From NCBI GenBank assembly GCA_010405405.1, contig MU004231.1, positions 4,400,689 to 4,464,688 of the forward strand: 64,000 bases of DNA, written 5' to 3'. The notes under the pieces are model-generated. The model saw only the letters and a list, made by a program, of their open reading frames with translations, did no database searches and was not told the origin of the DNA. Made by a program: the position numbers and the translations under genes. Origin of the DNA: Microthyrium microscopicum (Eukaryota). Below, piece after piece: positions 25,895 through 42,195 of this stretch. The stretch's first letter is position 1. The number at the start of each line of letters is the position of its first letter.

Positions 25895-26489
25895 TTTTCG
25901 CATTGCTTTATGGTTGAACAGAACCTTGGTTAGTGAAGACCATTATAGCTCTTGCCCTTCATTGTGATTGGCTGTGCTGGCTAGAAGACAGCCTTGCGCC
26001 CAGCCTAATGGTCTAATTTAGGCCATCGGTCCCAATTTCTATAATCATGTTAACGATTTGAACCAAATTGATGGCACCAAATGAGCGACAAACCGGAGTC
26101 ATAGATGAAGGTGCCCACGTACCAAATATAAAACTTGACCTCGACTGCACCTTAAATAGCTGGCTCGATGGTACTGACTGTTTGGGCCAGTCGCTCTTCA
26201 CCTTTTATGCCAGTCACTGCCATATTGTGCATCCATCTTTCACTTCTACACCCAAGCATACTGCTATCTTAGACTTTTGCTTTGCGCATAACCTTCTTTA
26301 TTATTAAACTACATACCAACATAGTGCATCATCAACAACCCGCATCGCATTTCTTAATCAAGCGATCTATCTGCAGCAATAGCTTGCTACCGTCTTCTCC
26401 AAACAAGTCTTGTCGCAAAGCGCAGTAGCCCGCGATAGCATCGCCAAAACTAAGTCCAGCAGAGCAACACCAGCAAGACACCAGAGACC

Positions 26490-27491
26490 ATGCCTCCAAT
26501 TCGGCTGTCTCCGTTTCACGATGCAGCGGGTGCTGAACAGTCGCCTAGACGAGCAGGCTCTTCACAGCGACGGTGAGTCTTTCCTCCTTTCGTAGTCTTG
26601 ACTTCCATGCTCGTGATGGATGCTCATCCTCACCCTCCTACTACACCATTTCCACTACCCTCAAGAGCAACAGCTAACCCATCATCCAGTCCCACCCGCC
26701 GTCGCTCCCCAACACCAGAACCACTAAGTAGGGAAATCCCCTACGAATCAGATTCTGAAGACGGCTATGTCTTCTCCCGTGTGCGCGCCCGCCCAGATCG
26801 CCGCGGTCGCGAGCGCTCCGAGGATATAAACGTCGACTTCTGTGACGATTCGGACTCCGATGAGTCTTTCGTCGATATCGGCACCTCCCGGCCAACCGCC
26901 CAGGTCCGCAGTGACGCCTTGCACGCTGTCGCGACGCTACCACTTACGCGCCGTCAACATTTGCGCGCGGTAGTCACGACCGTGCTAAATAATCTGGAGT
27001 TGCCGTTCTTGGTCGAGTACGCTACCGCGGTATTCGACCACTACCATAATCGCCACGGCCTCCCCTTTCCCAGTAGTGTGCCCTTTACGCTCCGCTTGGA
27101 TGCTGTGCGTGCTTGGTTATCGAGCCAGGATGAGGAGGAGGTGTATCCAGAGGGCGAAGAGCCAAGTGAGTGGTTTGAGGAACTCGCGCGGCGGCGCTCG
27201 GAAAGCTGGTTGGGCACAGTGGATCGCGTGGTCTATAATGCACATCTTGCTGCCGGTGCCGCATCCGGGTATGCACGGCGGGGCGCATCTGTGGCAGGGC
27301 AGGTGGCATCGCTAGGTGCGGATATCACGATGATCGTGGGTAGACGGGCGGTGACTGTGGCAGGAGAAGCGGCTGCTACTGGTGGGCAGGCTGCTTTGGA
27401 TGCGGCTAGTCAGGCAGCGACGGCTGCGACAGGAGCTGCATCGAATGTTGCGCAGGAGGGAATTAGACGTTGGCGCGGTGACTCGTTATAG
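26490..27491 (+). CDS. Hypothetical protein divergent from the NRPS (exons 26490-26572, 26690-27491)
   Basis: A GTGAGT..GCTAAC..CAG intron joins an ATG exon in frame to the 297-aa ORF. It has an acidic patch and an Ala-rich C-terminus. No family recognised. Confidence 0.6.
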
Positions 27492-28077
27492 AAGCGTGAG
27501 GAGCTGTGTGCGCAGATGAACCAGGAGATTGACGACGTGTTCGATTTATATGGCCCCGTTGGGTCGCGGGAAGACTGGCGACGATCAAAAGGAGGCTGGT
27601 CGGCTTTATCTTGTTATGCCAGCGACGACTCGCTTGAACATAGTGAATATGTGAAGGGATTAGCGGTCATCATGTATTGAGATGCCTAATATAATACAAC
27701 CAATATGATGAACGAAAACGACATCCCTCGTGTATAAATCAAGCATGAATGAATAATGGTTGAAGATTTGGAGCCTACGACCAGTCTCCCCGATGTTTCT
27801 GTTGATATCGTTGACCAGATTTGCCGGACAACGCAAACTGCATATTCTGGCACTTTCGAGATATTCGCAATAGCTCGGTACATATTTTTTGCGATAGTAC
27901 TACCAAAAGAGCTGCAGGTTTGCTGAGAATCTAGCGCAATCAAGGTAGTAAATTCTACTTCAAGAAATTCCTAGAGCTAACCTGACATCCTGGGTATTGT
28001 TACCGAACGCCCTTGCTCTTATGAATGCCAACGGAACGAGAGAAGCCGAACTAGTTTTGCCAACGATAAACATTATA

Positions 28078-29293
28078 TTATTCTTCAGCACTGTATGCTT
28101 CCATACTGCTCTCAACGCTTGTACTACGGGGTCTATCATTAGATCCCAGCAGATCAGGTGAGGGTATTCCCGCTCCAGATACTGCTTCGCTTGGATTTCT
28201 CGAATGATGCTTGGTCGCGTCCTTGACCAATTTTGCAGCATCAAACTCTTCACCATTCCATCCTGAACATGAGCTACATCGCCATTTCCCCAGTTGCTCT
28301 GGTGTCTTCACTCCAGGAGGTGCCAAGCCATTTACCACTTTACAGTGCTTGCAGACCAAGGCGAGTCGGTTTCGTGCTTGCGTCTCGTCCTCTCCCAGAA
28401 GAGCATCAAGTATTCGATCGTACCAATGTGACTCTGGCATGACTTGCGAAAAGTCGGGAACGGTGGGCGACCCATCGAAAGCATTCGGCGCAAACTCCTC
28501 CTGAGGCTGAGACCTCTTTAGGAGAGCTTGACCAGGCCCAGATGAATTTGACATTGATGATGGTTGTAGTGGGGAGGACGGTGGTAGAGCTGGCAGAGCA
28601 CCTAACTCGGGAATGCGCTGGGCGCTTTGTGCTCGGGGGATGTTCGCGGTTGGTGGAGGAGGAAGGCCAGTGCGACCACCAACTGAATGTCTGGAAGTAT
28701 GGTTCCGTGCAGGTTGTGATTTGCCATCTGGAGTTTTCTCTGGAGCTTTTGCAGAGCCATACTTCTCGAGAAGTTTCTGTGTCGAGTTGTATTTCGTCGC
28801 TTGCTTCAACTTTTCTATTGTCTCATCGCGTTCTTTTTGTAGGCTGTCGAGATATGCCTGTGAGTTGGATGTGCGGTAATTGTACCATGAGTTCAATAAG
28901 AATCTCACTCCGTATAGTCTGCAAACATGTTAGAATCCTAGACAAATCACTGTTGGGCCCAGAGTCCACATACAGCACGGGACCACCCGCGATTGTGGTG
29001 TATTCCGTTGTTCCCCAATTCTGCCAGCCGGTAACCAATGTTAGGATCAGGAAGGCTAGAATGTATGTGACACCGCCGTATAGAATCCATCCAACTTTGA
29101 GCTTACGAGCTCGTTGTCTCAAGCTATCATTTTGTGCGGTAGCTTTGGATATCTTGGTGGCGATGACGGAGAGGGTCTTTTCGAATGATTCGGCGGAGGT
29201 GGTATCTTTCTGTTTTCGGAAGTGTAGTGTTAGCAGTTTGCGCCGCGTAGTCTGTAGCGCGAGACATACCTTCCAAGGCCAAAAGGACACCAT
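28078..29293 (-). CDS. lnp1: Lunapark ER junction protein (3 exons)
   Basis: N-terminal 'SFEKTLS', two TM segments, coiled coil 'IEKLKQATKYNSTQKLLEKYG', 'WYDRILDALLGEDET' and a C4 zinc finger (CKHC...CSSC). Introns at 29210-29269 and 28919-28973. Confidence 0.92.
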
Positions 29294-29662
29294 ATTGGTG
29301 GTATTTGTAGGTTAAAGGCCGATCATATGAGGAGAAGGGTTGTATGAGTTGAAGAGAGGAGGATAGAATAATAGGCGGCGTAGGATCATTCAAGGCAAGC
29401 AAGCAGGCTCCTCCAAGTTCCGCAGTTGGTAAGAGCAGCCAAGCGGTATTCATTGGTGGTGACAGTCCAGACAAAGCGCTTGGACCATCTGATGTCGTTT
29501 GGAAACTGCAAGTCTGGTACGTTGACAGCTTGCATCAATACACCTGCTATTATTCATACAATTCCTCAATTATCCTTTACTATCATGATCTTCGCCATCT
29601 GAACAATTATCTACCTTTTGCTCAACTATCAGGCATGAGAATATCTTTCTAATCCCTCCACC

Positions 29663-32600
29663 ATGTGGCAAGTACGTCAATACCTCCTATTCAGCCTCAT
29701 AAACTGCAACTCATACTTTCTCTAGGGTTTCCAGAAGTTGAAGGATAATATCGATGCTCGCATCCAAGAAGAAACTACGCGCCAAAAGACTACACAGCAG
29801 CGTCCATCTTCCTCTTCATCCTCCCCTCGAGTCCGTCCACGTGCTGGATCTCGTCCCATTTCCCCATCGCGCCGCTCTAGAAGAACCGATGCCGATGGAT
29901 CAGCTGTCAACTCTTCAGAATCAGACAGAACTGCTATACCCGCTCGCCTGAAACCTGCGTCGGAATTCGAGCCCGAGTTTGTTATTGGAGATGCTAGCGA
30001 AGCAAGTACAAGAGTAGGCACCCCTGTGCCAGGAGCCAAGAAGCCACGCGATGCCGGCACAGACGACAAGATGAACAACGATTCCACAGAAAGGACACAA
30101 GATGGCCAAAATGAATCGGAAAAAACTTCTGAGCAAAATGAGGATGAGAACAATAGAAAGAACACGGCGGAGCTGTCTCCTGAGATCAAACTTCGGTTAA
30201 AGAAGATGGATCGCCTCGAGCCAAAGTACTCTGAACTTTTGAGGTCATATCGCATAGCGCATGCACGAATATCTTCAATAGAACCTTTTGAAGCTACCCT
30301 ACGAGAACATACACCTTTGACATCCATTAATGATCCTGGCGCATTGGTGGAGTTTCTACAGCAAAACAACTTCAAATCTACAATTTTGACAGATGAGCTC
30401 AGAAAGGCGGTCGAAGAGAAGGACGCTTTCAAGAAGAAGCTCGACCAAGCTGAACTCAAGGCCAAAGAGCTAGAAGAGGAACTAGAAAAAGTTAAAAGTG
30501 GTCAGAAAGCAAATGATTCCCAAGATGAGGACAAGGGTCCAAAGAAGCCACCAAAGAAAGACGACTCGGAAGACTTTTTCTCTTATGAGGACGAAATTCA
30601 GAACGAAGTCAAAGAGCTTGAAGAACAGGTGTCCACTTTGAAATCGGAGAACACTACGCTGAAGAGTGATTTGGCTGCCGCAAAAGAATCCACTGAACAA
30701 TTATCTCGAGACCTCGAATCTTCCAAGGCTAGCCTTTCTTCGATAAAAGAGGATAAAGCAATGGTCGAGTCGCAGTTGAAGGACCAGGGCCAAAAGCATG
30801 CAGGCATAGTCTCTGAACTAGAGATGAAGCTGAAAATTGCAGACAAATCTCTTGCCGATCAATCTGAAGTATCCAAGAAGCATCGAGAAACCCTCAAGGG
30901 TCTAGAGAGTCAATTAGCGAAGGCGCAATCCGGGGATTCCAAACAGTCAAAGGACCTCGAATCCAAGATACAACGTCTAGAAAAGGACATTTTAGAAGCA
31001 AAAGAGGTTACTGCGCAACAAGAAAAGAGAAATGAGACTCTCAATGGACTCGTCCAGACTCTAAGGAGTCAACTGCAGCAATTCCAACAATCATCAAATG
31101 ACTTGGAGTCAAATCAGAATGGCACAAATCCAGATGCGGCAAAACCAGTAGAAGCACCAAAAGCTGAGGCGACTAGCACTGCAGCGAAAAAGAAGAAGAA
31201 CAAGAAGAAGAAGGGAGGCAAAGCAAACAATGAAGCTTCCGCAGAACCTCAAGCTGCCGAAGAAGAAAATGCAACTGTGTCTACCTCATCAAATCCCCCA
31301 GAAGTACCCGCTGGTCAGATAGACCTTCTTCAGAAGGAACTTGAGTCTTTACACGCACTTTGTGAAGACAAGGACGCAACTATTACACGGTTGCAATCCA
31401 AACTCAGAGATCAGGACGGCTTGATTGAAGAGATTGAAACTCTTCGCGATGATATGGTTCACGTAGGCCAAGAGCATGTTGAAGGCAAAGACAAGATCAA
31501 GGAATTACAGGCAGAAAAATCTGCTTTGGAGGAGACCATCTCAAAGCTAGAAAAGGAGGTCACCGAACTCAAAACTCATCATGATACACACTCATCAACT
31601 ACAGAAGCCTATGAATCCCTCACTTCTGACTTTCAAAGGCTCAAGAAAAAAGCAGATGCGCTGGAAACAGATCTCGCGGCTGCTCAAAAGCTTGCAGCTT
31701 CTCGATTCAAGGATCTTACTGATCTGAGGGAAGTGCTTCAGAAAGCACAACCAGAGCTACAATCTCTTCGTTCCGAAGTATCAGAACTACGCAAGTCCAA
31801 AGAAGAATTCCTCTCCAAATCCACTGAAGTGCGCAAACTCGAAGGCCGCGAAAAGGACCTACGCAATGAAATCACGCGCTATAAGAAGCAACTGACGGAA
31901 CGCGACACCGATATGCGCACTCTTAATGACAAACTCTCCACAGCCAACAACAGCCGACGCGAAACAGAAGACATCCTTCGCAAGGCACAACGCGATCTCA
32001 AAACCGCCACCAACGAGCGCAAAGACGCTCTCGACACCAAAGACCAACTTACCAAAGATCTTTCCAAATCCCAAGAAGATCTCACATCTACCCGCACTCA
32101 ACTTTCCAAGTTGGAATCCCAGCTTGCCAAACTCACCACAGACTCGTCCGCCCTCCGCGATGATCTTACACTCAAAGCTGCCCAGTATGCTAGTGCCCAA
32201 AGCCTCATGACCAGCATGCAGGATCAAACCCAAGAACTCTCAGCGCAAATGAAAGAAACGAGAGAACGTGCTGAATCACTCGAAGAAGAGCTTGCCGACG
32301 CGCACCGACTACTCGGAGAACGTGGCCGCGAGGCCGAAACCATGCGCCGTCTACTCGCTGATGTTGATGGACGTGCTGAGCTGCGTGTCAAGGATATGCA
32401 GGCGCGTCTTGATGCGGCTGTGGATGAGCGGGATCGTGCTGAAGAACTAGCTAATAGTATGGGCCGCAAACGCGCTAAAGAGCTCGAGGAGCTGCGCGCT
32501 CGTGTGCGTACCGCTGAGACCGCCCTCAAGACTGCTGAAGCACAGAATGAAGAACTCGAGAGCCAGCGTGCTGAACTTGGACGACAGAAGGCGGAGATTG

Positions 32601-33138
32601 AAGAGCGATCTAAGCGTGTAGATGGCGAGGTGGCGGAGGTGCGTGAAGCGATGGGGCAATTGCGCGACGCGCTTGATGAGACTGAGCGGACGGCGCGAGC
32701 ACTCGAGAAGGAGAAAGCAGACTTGCGCACAACTCTAGACGAGACGACGGGCAAGCTAGAGAAGCTACAGCGCAGTAGCAAGACGCTCAGTGAGGAATTG
32801 AAAGCCTTGCAAGCTCAACATGGCGTGGTGGGAAATACATCACGCAGTTCTCTCGAATCTACACAGTCAATCAATCGATTGACATCACCACCACCGCGCA
32901 ATACAGGATCGCCAGCCGCATCGAGTAAGGTTGATTATGTCTATTTGAAGAATGTGCTGTTGCAATTCATGGAGCAAAGGGATAAAAAGCATCAGGTAGC
33001 GCTGGTTCCTGTCCTGGGGATGTTGTTGCATTTTGACAAGTAAGTTCCCTTGAGTCATTATCTAGAGAAAGCCGAAAGCTAACGATATATGCTAGAGCGG
33101 ATGAGCAAAAGTGGATGGCAGCTATCAAGTCTACTTAG
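29663..33138 (+). CDS. imh1: GRIP-domain golgin (Imh1-like) long coiled-coil protein (3 exons)
   Basis: ~1,100 aa of heptad-rich sequence ending in GRIP 'DYVYLKNVLLQFMEQ...LVPVLGMLLHFD..DEQKW'. Introns at 29672-29725 and ~33040-33095. Confidence 0.88.
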
Positions 33139-34485
33139 CGGGCATTTTATTGGCATTTATGGTGTCTTTGGGTTCCCAGTATCGCGATTTTCTCATTGAT
33201 ATCAATATTAGACAGTACAAATCGCCCTTATTGTTGACCTCTGGCTCAACGCGCCAGCTGGGTAATCACTACATGAGAAGAATTTTTGAAGAAGCGCTAT
33301 GCTGAGCAATGCTTGCCTCGTTGTGCTCCCCGCCTTGGTTATAAAGATGCATTATGGCATTATTCTTGTGCCAATATTCAACGAGCAACTGCTGTACCTC
33401 TTCTCTCGTAACCATTCTCGTATGGCTAGCCATGATTGTATAATGACCAACAAGCTCTAATTAAGAAAAAAGATTTGGAGGAGCTACGTTTTTGGGGAAT
33501 AGCGATTTGCTGTAGGGGCGATTCGGCAGGTGAAATACATGAAGAGGAGAGCAAGAGGTTCCGCCCCATAATGATTAATCGAGCAGGCGCGATGTCCGAT
33601 ATGCTCCTGGAGTCCTGGTCGTGGAAGGTGCAAAGTACTGCCCATCGAATGCGGTGGGATTTAGAGCAGCTTTTCTTTAAGAAGTGCGATGGGAGACATG
33701 ATACTTGATGGGAGCGCGCTATTTATCTCAGCGCCCGGTTGAAGGTCCACCTCAAAATGCCTAGATGAGAAGGCGCCATGTCCGATATGCTCCTGCCTCC
33801 TGGTGGTGCACTGGTGGAAGATGCTCCTTCTTGGTGTCTTGTTTCATACTATTACACTTTTCCTAGGTAGATAATGTCTCATCTATCAAACGAATATGCG
33901 CTGAATCTTGTACCTCTATATTGTACATCTAAGATACTAAGGACTTGTCTCCTGGAAATACCGACAAGACAAAGCTAACATCAATTTCATGCTTACATCC
34001 CTCCAACAAATCCCACCACGCGGTCCACGCCCCACTGTTGGTTGCGCTCTCTCTGATCTTCCAGACACCAACACACCCCACCATCGGCTCCTGTCTCCTT
34101 CTTTCTTTCTCTTCTTTTCTTTAGTTTCTGTTTCTCTGTGACTTTTCCTGTCTCTTTGCAGTTTCGCTGCCTTCTTCAGATGGTCTTTCTGTTAAATCCT
34201 ATGTTCAGCCTCCTCCGGCCTCCAAAGTAGAGCCCGTGCCGAACCCAACGCTTTCCGGGTAGCCAACCAGTTACCAGCCCAAGCATTGTCTCCAGAGCTC
34301 CTGAGTCGACCACCAGCCGCCCATCTCATCGCCTCACCCAGAGCAACCATCCACGACCCAGAGCCGGCACGCCAACCTCTACTTACTGTAACAGCCTGCG
34401 CTTTCTTTCTTTCGCCTTCTGCTAGACACTGTCTTGCTCTTTTCAACATATACCATACTGCAGTCTCACCTGCTAAATACCTACA

Positions 34486-36764
<2,279 letters not shown>

Positions 36765-37484
36765 TTGCGACGATGTCATTCCTTGACGAGGAAGAGATAG
36801 ATGATGACGATGATGATGATGGCAAGACACGTTATAATAGTTGATGAGTAAGGAGGAAGCATATCGTCCTTTCACCACGATTTCAGATGCCGCCAAGCGA
36901 AGCAAGCGAAGCTGAAAAAGGATATGAGAGAAAAAAGAGTTGTCAAATGTCTTTTGTGTACTACCTTCTTCCGCTTCTTGTTCTGGATCTGTTTTTTTGA
37001 TAGACCACATTACTCATGAATGATGCTGTGCATGAACTTCAATCACTTTCTGAACAAACATAAAGATTCTTTTGAGATTAGCACTGATTCAAATGCAATG
37101 TTAAATATTTTGTGTCATTGGTTGCATGTTCTCTAGAGCAATGTTATTATTTCTTGATAACAAATAGTTTCTGATCAGGGATCGTGGACACAGGAGTTAC
37201 ATTTTGCAATTTATGAAAATCGATTGCGAAGTACGATATGATACATTATACTGAAATGAATAATTGACAAGCCTGGAAAGTAGCTTTCCTTTTCTCTATG
37301 CCTGAGATGATACCCCTTTCCGCGCGCCAGAACCAAAAACTCCGCCATGCAAATAAAAGCTATTCGTTTATATACTCGTCCAACAAAATCCCAAACGCCA
37401 CATCAACATGACCGCCTCAACCACCATCCCAAGTCTGCGTGCTCTCGTTCATTCTCCAAGACACTCATCGCCTTCGTAGTCTCA

Positions 37485-40400
37485 TCATCCTCTAAACCCC
37501 AACAACCGCCGTCCCCCAACTCGTCTCGCACCATTCCCATCTCCAAGATCAATACTCTGCATCTCCGCACTAATCCGATCAACATCACCGCCCATCCGCG
37601 CTCCATACCTAACCACACTGCCCCCATCATCCAACGGGATCTTCGCTGGTAACGGAGGCGCGCTTCCTGCTCCATTACTGCCCCATGGCGAGAACTCGTT
37701 CTGCGGCGCATACTCGTTCTGTGGCACATATCCATTCTGAGGCGAGTATTCATTTGTGGGACTAGCGCCCCATGACCCTCTGCTGCGCTCATCAACAGCC
37801 ATACTTTGAGGACGCGCAGGTTTCCGTAAACGATTTCGCGTCGAGCGGGGCTCTTCGTAGGGTTCTGGCGCACTACCGTAGACACTATGTCGGGTAGGAC
37901 GGACATTGGACGCGTTGCAGGAGACGTTGACTGCGATACTGCTGCTACTTGCGCCTGGGTCTCTTACACCTGGATCTCGACCGCCTAGAGCGCGGGGTCG
38001 AATGGTCGCTAGAATACGACGGGGTTGTTGATCGGAGCGGGAGACTGGCTCGGGTGCCCAGGCGGATGGCGGAAGCGTATCGGATGGGTCTTTGGTTGGT
38101 GAGGATTTGGGGACTGGTTCTGGAGCCCAGGAAGTTTCGGGCAGACGGTCCGAGGGGTCGATAACGTTGCCGTGGAAATCTACTATGGGTCCCTGGGGCG
38201 CTGAGGCCTTGGCAGAGGGAGTTGCGGGGTTGAGGACGGCGAAGGAGTCGGGAGAGTAGGCGGAGAATGCGGGACGGCCGTCTGAGGAGATTGGGCGAGG
38301 GGACACGGATTTGCGTGTTGTGGGTGTTCGCGCGGATGGCCGTGGGAGGCGGTCTGTTGAGCTGGGAGTTGTGGGTTTTCGGGGTGAGATGGCGAGGGGC
38401 TTGATGAGTGGTATTGGGTCGTATGATGAGGCATGCATTGAGTGAGGGTGGGATCGCTGCTGCTGGTAGTTATGGTGGCCATTGGGCGAGCTAGAGAGGT
38501 TGTGTTCTTGCGAGAGTGGATGGGGTTTCGTCGGCGAGCTGTTGAGATTGGTGGTAGAGTTGTTCATAGAGTGCGGCGAATAGGGCGGCGAGCAGCCATA
38601 TGGTGAGCGCTGGACTGGAGGATATGTGGGCGTGTGATGTGGCTGATGGCGCGAGTTTCGAGAGTTGGAGCCAGTGGATGATACCGAGTGGTAAGAATCT
38701 CGACGATCAGGCGACTGTCCATAACGGTCGAGGCCATCACTCATCGGGGTTCTGGGAACTTCCTTCCGAGCTGGAGTTGAAAAGGACTGTTCCTGGGGAT
38801 ATCCATAGGATCTGTCTTCAGAGAAACCACGATGCCGCTGCAACGCCATGTGATCTGGCTGCGGGTCATGAGATCTGGTACTCTCCGACTGTCGCTGGAA
38901 AGATTGATCATCCCGAAAACTCATTCTATCATCTTCGGGTTGATGATATCTCGACAACGACAACTCGGATCTAGATGTGAGATGCCCACGGACTTGTTTT
39001 CTGTTATCGACTGGGGAATTGGAGAATGAACCCCCCCTTTGCTGGTCTTGAGCTTGCCAGTCGCTATGGTTCTGTCCGTAAACAGGGGACGAGTTCCAAT
39101 CGTGGTTTCCTGCCGCAGACAAGGTGTTCCGGTGAGCAGGTGGGGGTGGTGGTGGTGGCTCTTCATGAGGCATATCCTGAAAGTCATCCTGACCGTCATT
39201 ATGGTAGTTTGACTCGTTGCGGTACTCCTGACTAATCTCTTCATAGGATCTCAAGCCCACGGGCTGATCAAGTGGTGGCTCATGGTTTGGGATGTACTGG
39301 TCGTGCTGGTCTTCATACTGTGGTTCCCAGTCATTGTGCGATTGATGAATATAAGGATCAGTTTCAGCGTGGTGGAGCGGAGGGTGGCCAGACTCCAGAG
39401 AGGAATGGCGACCTAAAGCTGCGGACGCTGACTGGGAGTGATCCATCGGGGGCGGTCGATGAGGCTCTGGATAATCATTCCTGGCTTGACTACGTCTTCC
39501 TGGGGTACCATCTCGAGATCTAGTCATTGGTGGCAGTTGAGGCAGAAAGTCCGCGGGATCATTGGGTATTTGATGACCCGATGCGGAAGACACATAACTA
39601 GTGTTTTCGTAAGGATCATCATGCTGATGATACTCAGCACCAGGTTCAGCTCCATAGTGTTCAGGGCCTTGATCGTCATTGTAATAATCTGGGTGGTCCT
39701 GTACAACAGGATCTTGTTCCTGGTCGTAAAATTGATTAGGGTCGACTGACGGTTGACGATATCTGTCAGCTGGCTGAGGCATGTTATTATTGTATGCCGT
39801 TGACCTATGACCGCTAGTTGTTTGCTCGATTGCTCGAGGTTGAGGAGGCGCTCCAAGCTCCCGTGGTCCAGATGCAAACACCCGCGGGCGTTCAACGGAT
39901 CCCGGATTTGACGGCAAAGGTCTCCGCCGAACAGGTGGTGTATTATTCCTTAAGCTTCCTGCTGGGCTTTGTTCGTCTGATGGCATTCTACCGGGCGATT
40001 TCTTTGGTATTGGTTTCTCGGTCTTGGGGCGTGAATCGTAATAGGTGAGTTCGAGTCTGACTTCTCCAGCATAGCGCCCCTTGCACTTGAGGCCTTGCCA
40101 GAGTTCATGTTCACCACCACCAGGCACAATGATATCCTTGAGATCAACAAAGGCCTCCCCGATCAGCTCCGTTTTCTTTCCTTCATCGAATACGGAGACT
40201 TTTAGGGCATAGTAGTCGGGCGACTCGCGAACGAGAAATCGAAGTTCTTGGTCCCTATTATGAGGTTAGCTAGGCTGCAGCGACGAATACTCGAAAGGCG
40301 AACTTACCATCTCGGTGTTTGCCCACCCCGTTTATCGGGATTTGTCTTTTGGGCCTCCTTGCCCAAGCGTGCGCTACAGTAGGGATCTTGTTTGCCAATG

Positions 40401-40531
40401 GTGCGTCGATTGGGCAGGTTCTTGCCTTTGTCAACAATGCAGACTAGAGTTCCTATCTGAGGTCCGTCCAAGGCCATATCCGCATAGATGCCGGCGGTAT
40501 GCACCGGAGCGAGTTTCGATATGGGCGCCAT
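37485..40531 (-). CDS. N-terminal C2-domain, Pro-rich cytokinesis protein (Inn1/Fic1-like)
   Basis: C2 domain 'IGTLVCIVDKGKNLPNRRTIGKQDPYC..RLGKEA.KT..DKRGGQTPRW|DQELRF..YYALKVSVFD..TELIGE', then a long PxxP-rich tail. One intron at ~40255-40307. Confidence 0.82.
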
Positions 40532-42195
40532 GGTATAAATATCGAAGATGAGGAATGCGGACGAGATGTCGGAACCGGGAAGGCTTCAACATATACACTC
40601 GTTGGAGGGTGTTTGTGGTATTATTAGGATCGAAAAAGAGTGAATATTCGGCGATTGCACGCAATCATGTCGAATCGAACGCAGAAGGGGGTTTGCGAAA
40701 GAATAACCAGGCAATTGGGCGAAAGTGTCGTTTAGGGATCCAGGCGGTAGGATTGCTGCGAGGGATTGTTTTTGTCGATGGACTCGTGAAGGAACTTGGA
40801 GGTGGTACACAACAATAAGGCTAGAGCTAAAGGTAGCTTAGCCCCTGGCTGCTAGCCTCGTCCTGCGCGTGGCTGGTTTGGACTTTGGAAGGAGCCAACG
40901 GTGGCTGGTCGCGCCTTCCTTCTTACGTCACCAAGTCACGTGCACCAACCGAGATCCAGTCAACATCACATTAATCCGCAGTTTGCAGGCATCTTCCCAT
41001 CAAAGTTATTCTTGTAACTTATGGTTTGGTTGTTTACCACTTCACGTTGGCCCAGCCCGGATAGTGCTGATGAACACGTAGCCGCCATCCTTACTACCCG
41101 CGTTGCGTGCGTCCCAGATCCCCAGTTCTCATGGAAAGCTGGCACCCATGTGGCTAGCCGCTGGATCCCATAGTGTATCCGTCTCTGCAGCTCTTGCGTG
41201 CATAGAACGTGTCGTACAAGATAGGTCCCAAATCCTCATTCTTCTGCAGTATCACCATTGAAGATACTTTGACCGGGAGTTGCCACAGCAAGTCAGCGAA
41301 GCCGTTGGTCGTGCGACAGCCTTTTGGGTCTGTGCCGGTATAGGTGGACATTGTGGAGTACCCGACGGGTACTTATTATGTATCTTCGTCGTCTGGGAGA
41401 AGAGAGGAATACACCAGCCTCCATGTCTGGTCCCCGAGGTCAGTTCGACGTTGTTGTACCTGTGAAGCTGTGATGGAGGTCGGAAACCAGTCCAGTTTGC
41501 AGAGAAGCGGTTGGCTCTCGACTTCATTCTTTAGTATGGTGTTACAAAAAATGATAAGCAAACCTACAACCTCCCAATGCAATCTCCTCAACTTTGGTAC
41601 TCATTGTTGTCCTTCGCAGAGGCAGTAAGTGGAGTTCGAAATATCTGGTCGAAGTGTTACATGTATGCCATTAACTCTTGGATACTCTAGTTGTGTTGGA
41701 ATATCTTTAATTCACCAATCAATCCGTTGACACTGTTGAATAAATTTAAAGTATAACATGTGATTAGATCAAGAGTGCTCTAATGCAACAATTGTTCTAT
41801 TATTGCTGATATAAAATGGGTGGAGGAGACACGGAACAATCCTCATACCGTATCCTGGAATCCACGCAACCTCCAGATTGCCACCATCACCAAACCATCA
41901 CAGCAACAACCTCAACATCATCAACCTCGTCCAAAATATTCCATCTGGGTCGCGCCTACTGTCAGGCAACTTTCCCTCACGTACCAAGAGCCAATATCTT
42001 CAACGCGATCGTCTTCGCCATTATCTCAGACTGACCTTCCCGTGCGAGCATGAATTGTTCGTCGAGTCATCAATTTCAGCCGTCAAGGCTCCACGGCTTG
42101 TGAGGATGCTCCAGAAAAGAGCATGGAGATGATAAGCAAAATCTAACTACGCGAAACCTTGATATCAGCATCTGCATCACTGAATCTGCATCACC

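Noticed and set aside
25863..25975. HapX/CBC bipartite site (CSAAT-N12-RWT)
   Set aside because: CCAAT boxes are present but the spacing to RWT does not match.
28542..32781. Long antisense ORFs (28542-29315 +, 29722-30465 -, 32224-32781 -)
   Set aside because: Shadows of lunapark and the coiled-coil golgin on the opposite strand.
41080..42132. Several 60-95 aa ORFs between the C2 gene and the 42196 gene
   Set aside because: I could not build a consistent spliced model or recognise any motif.
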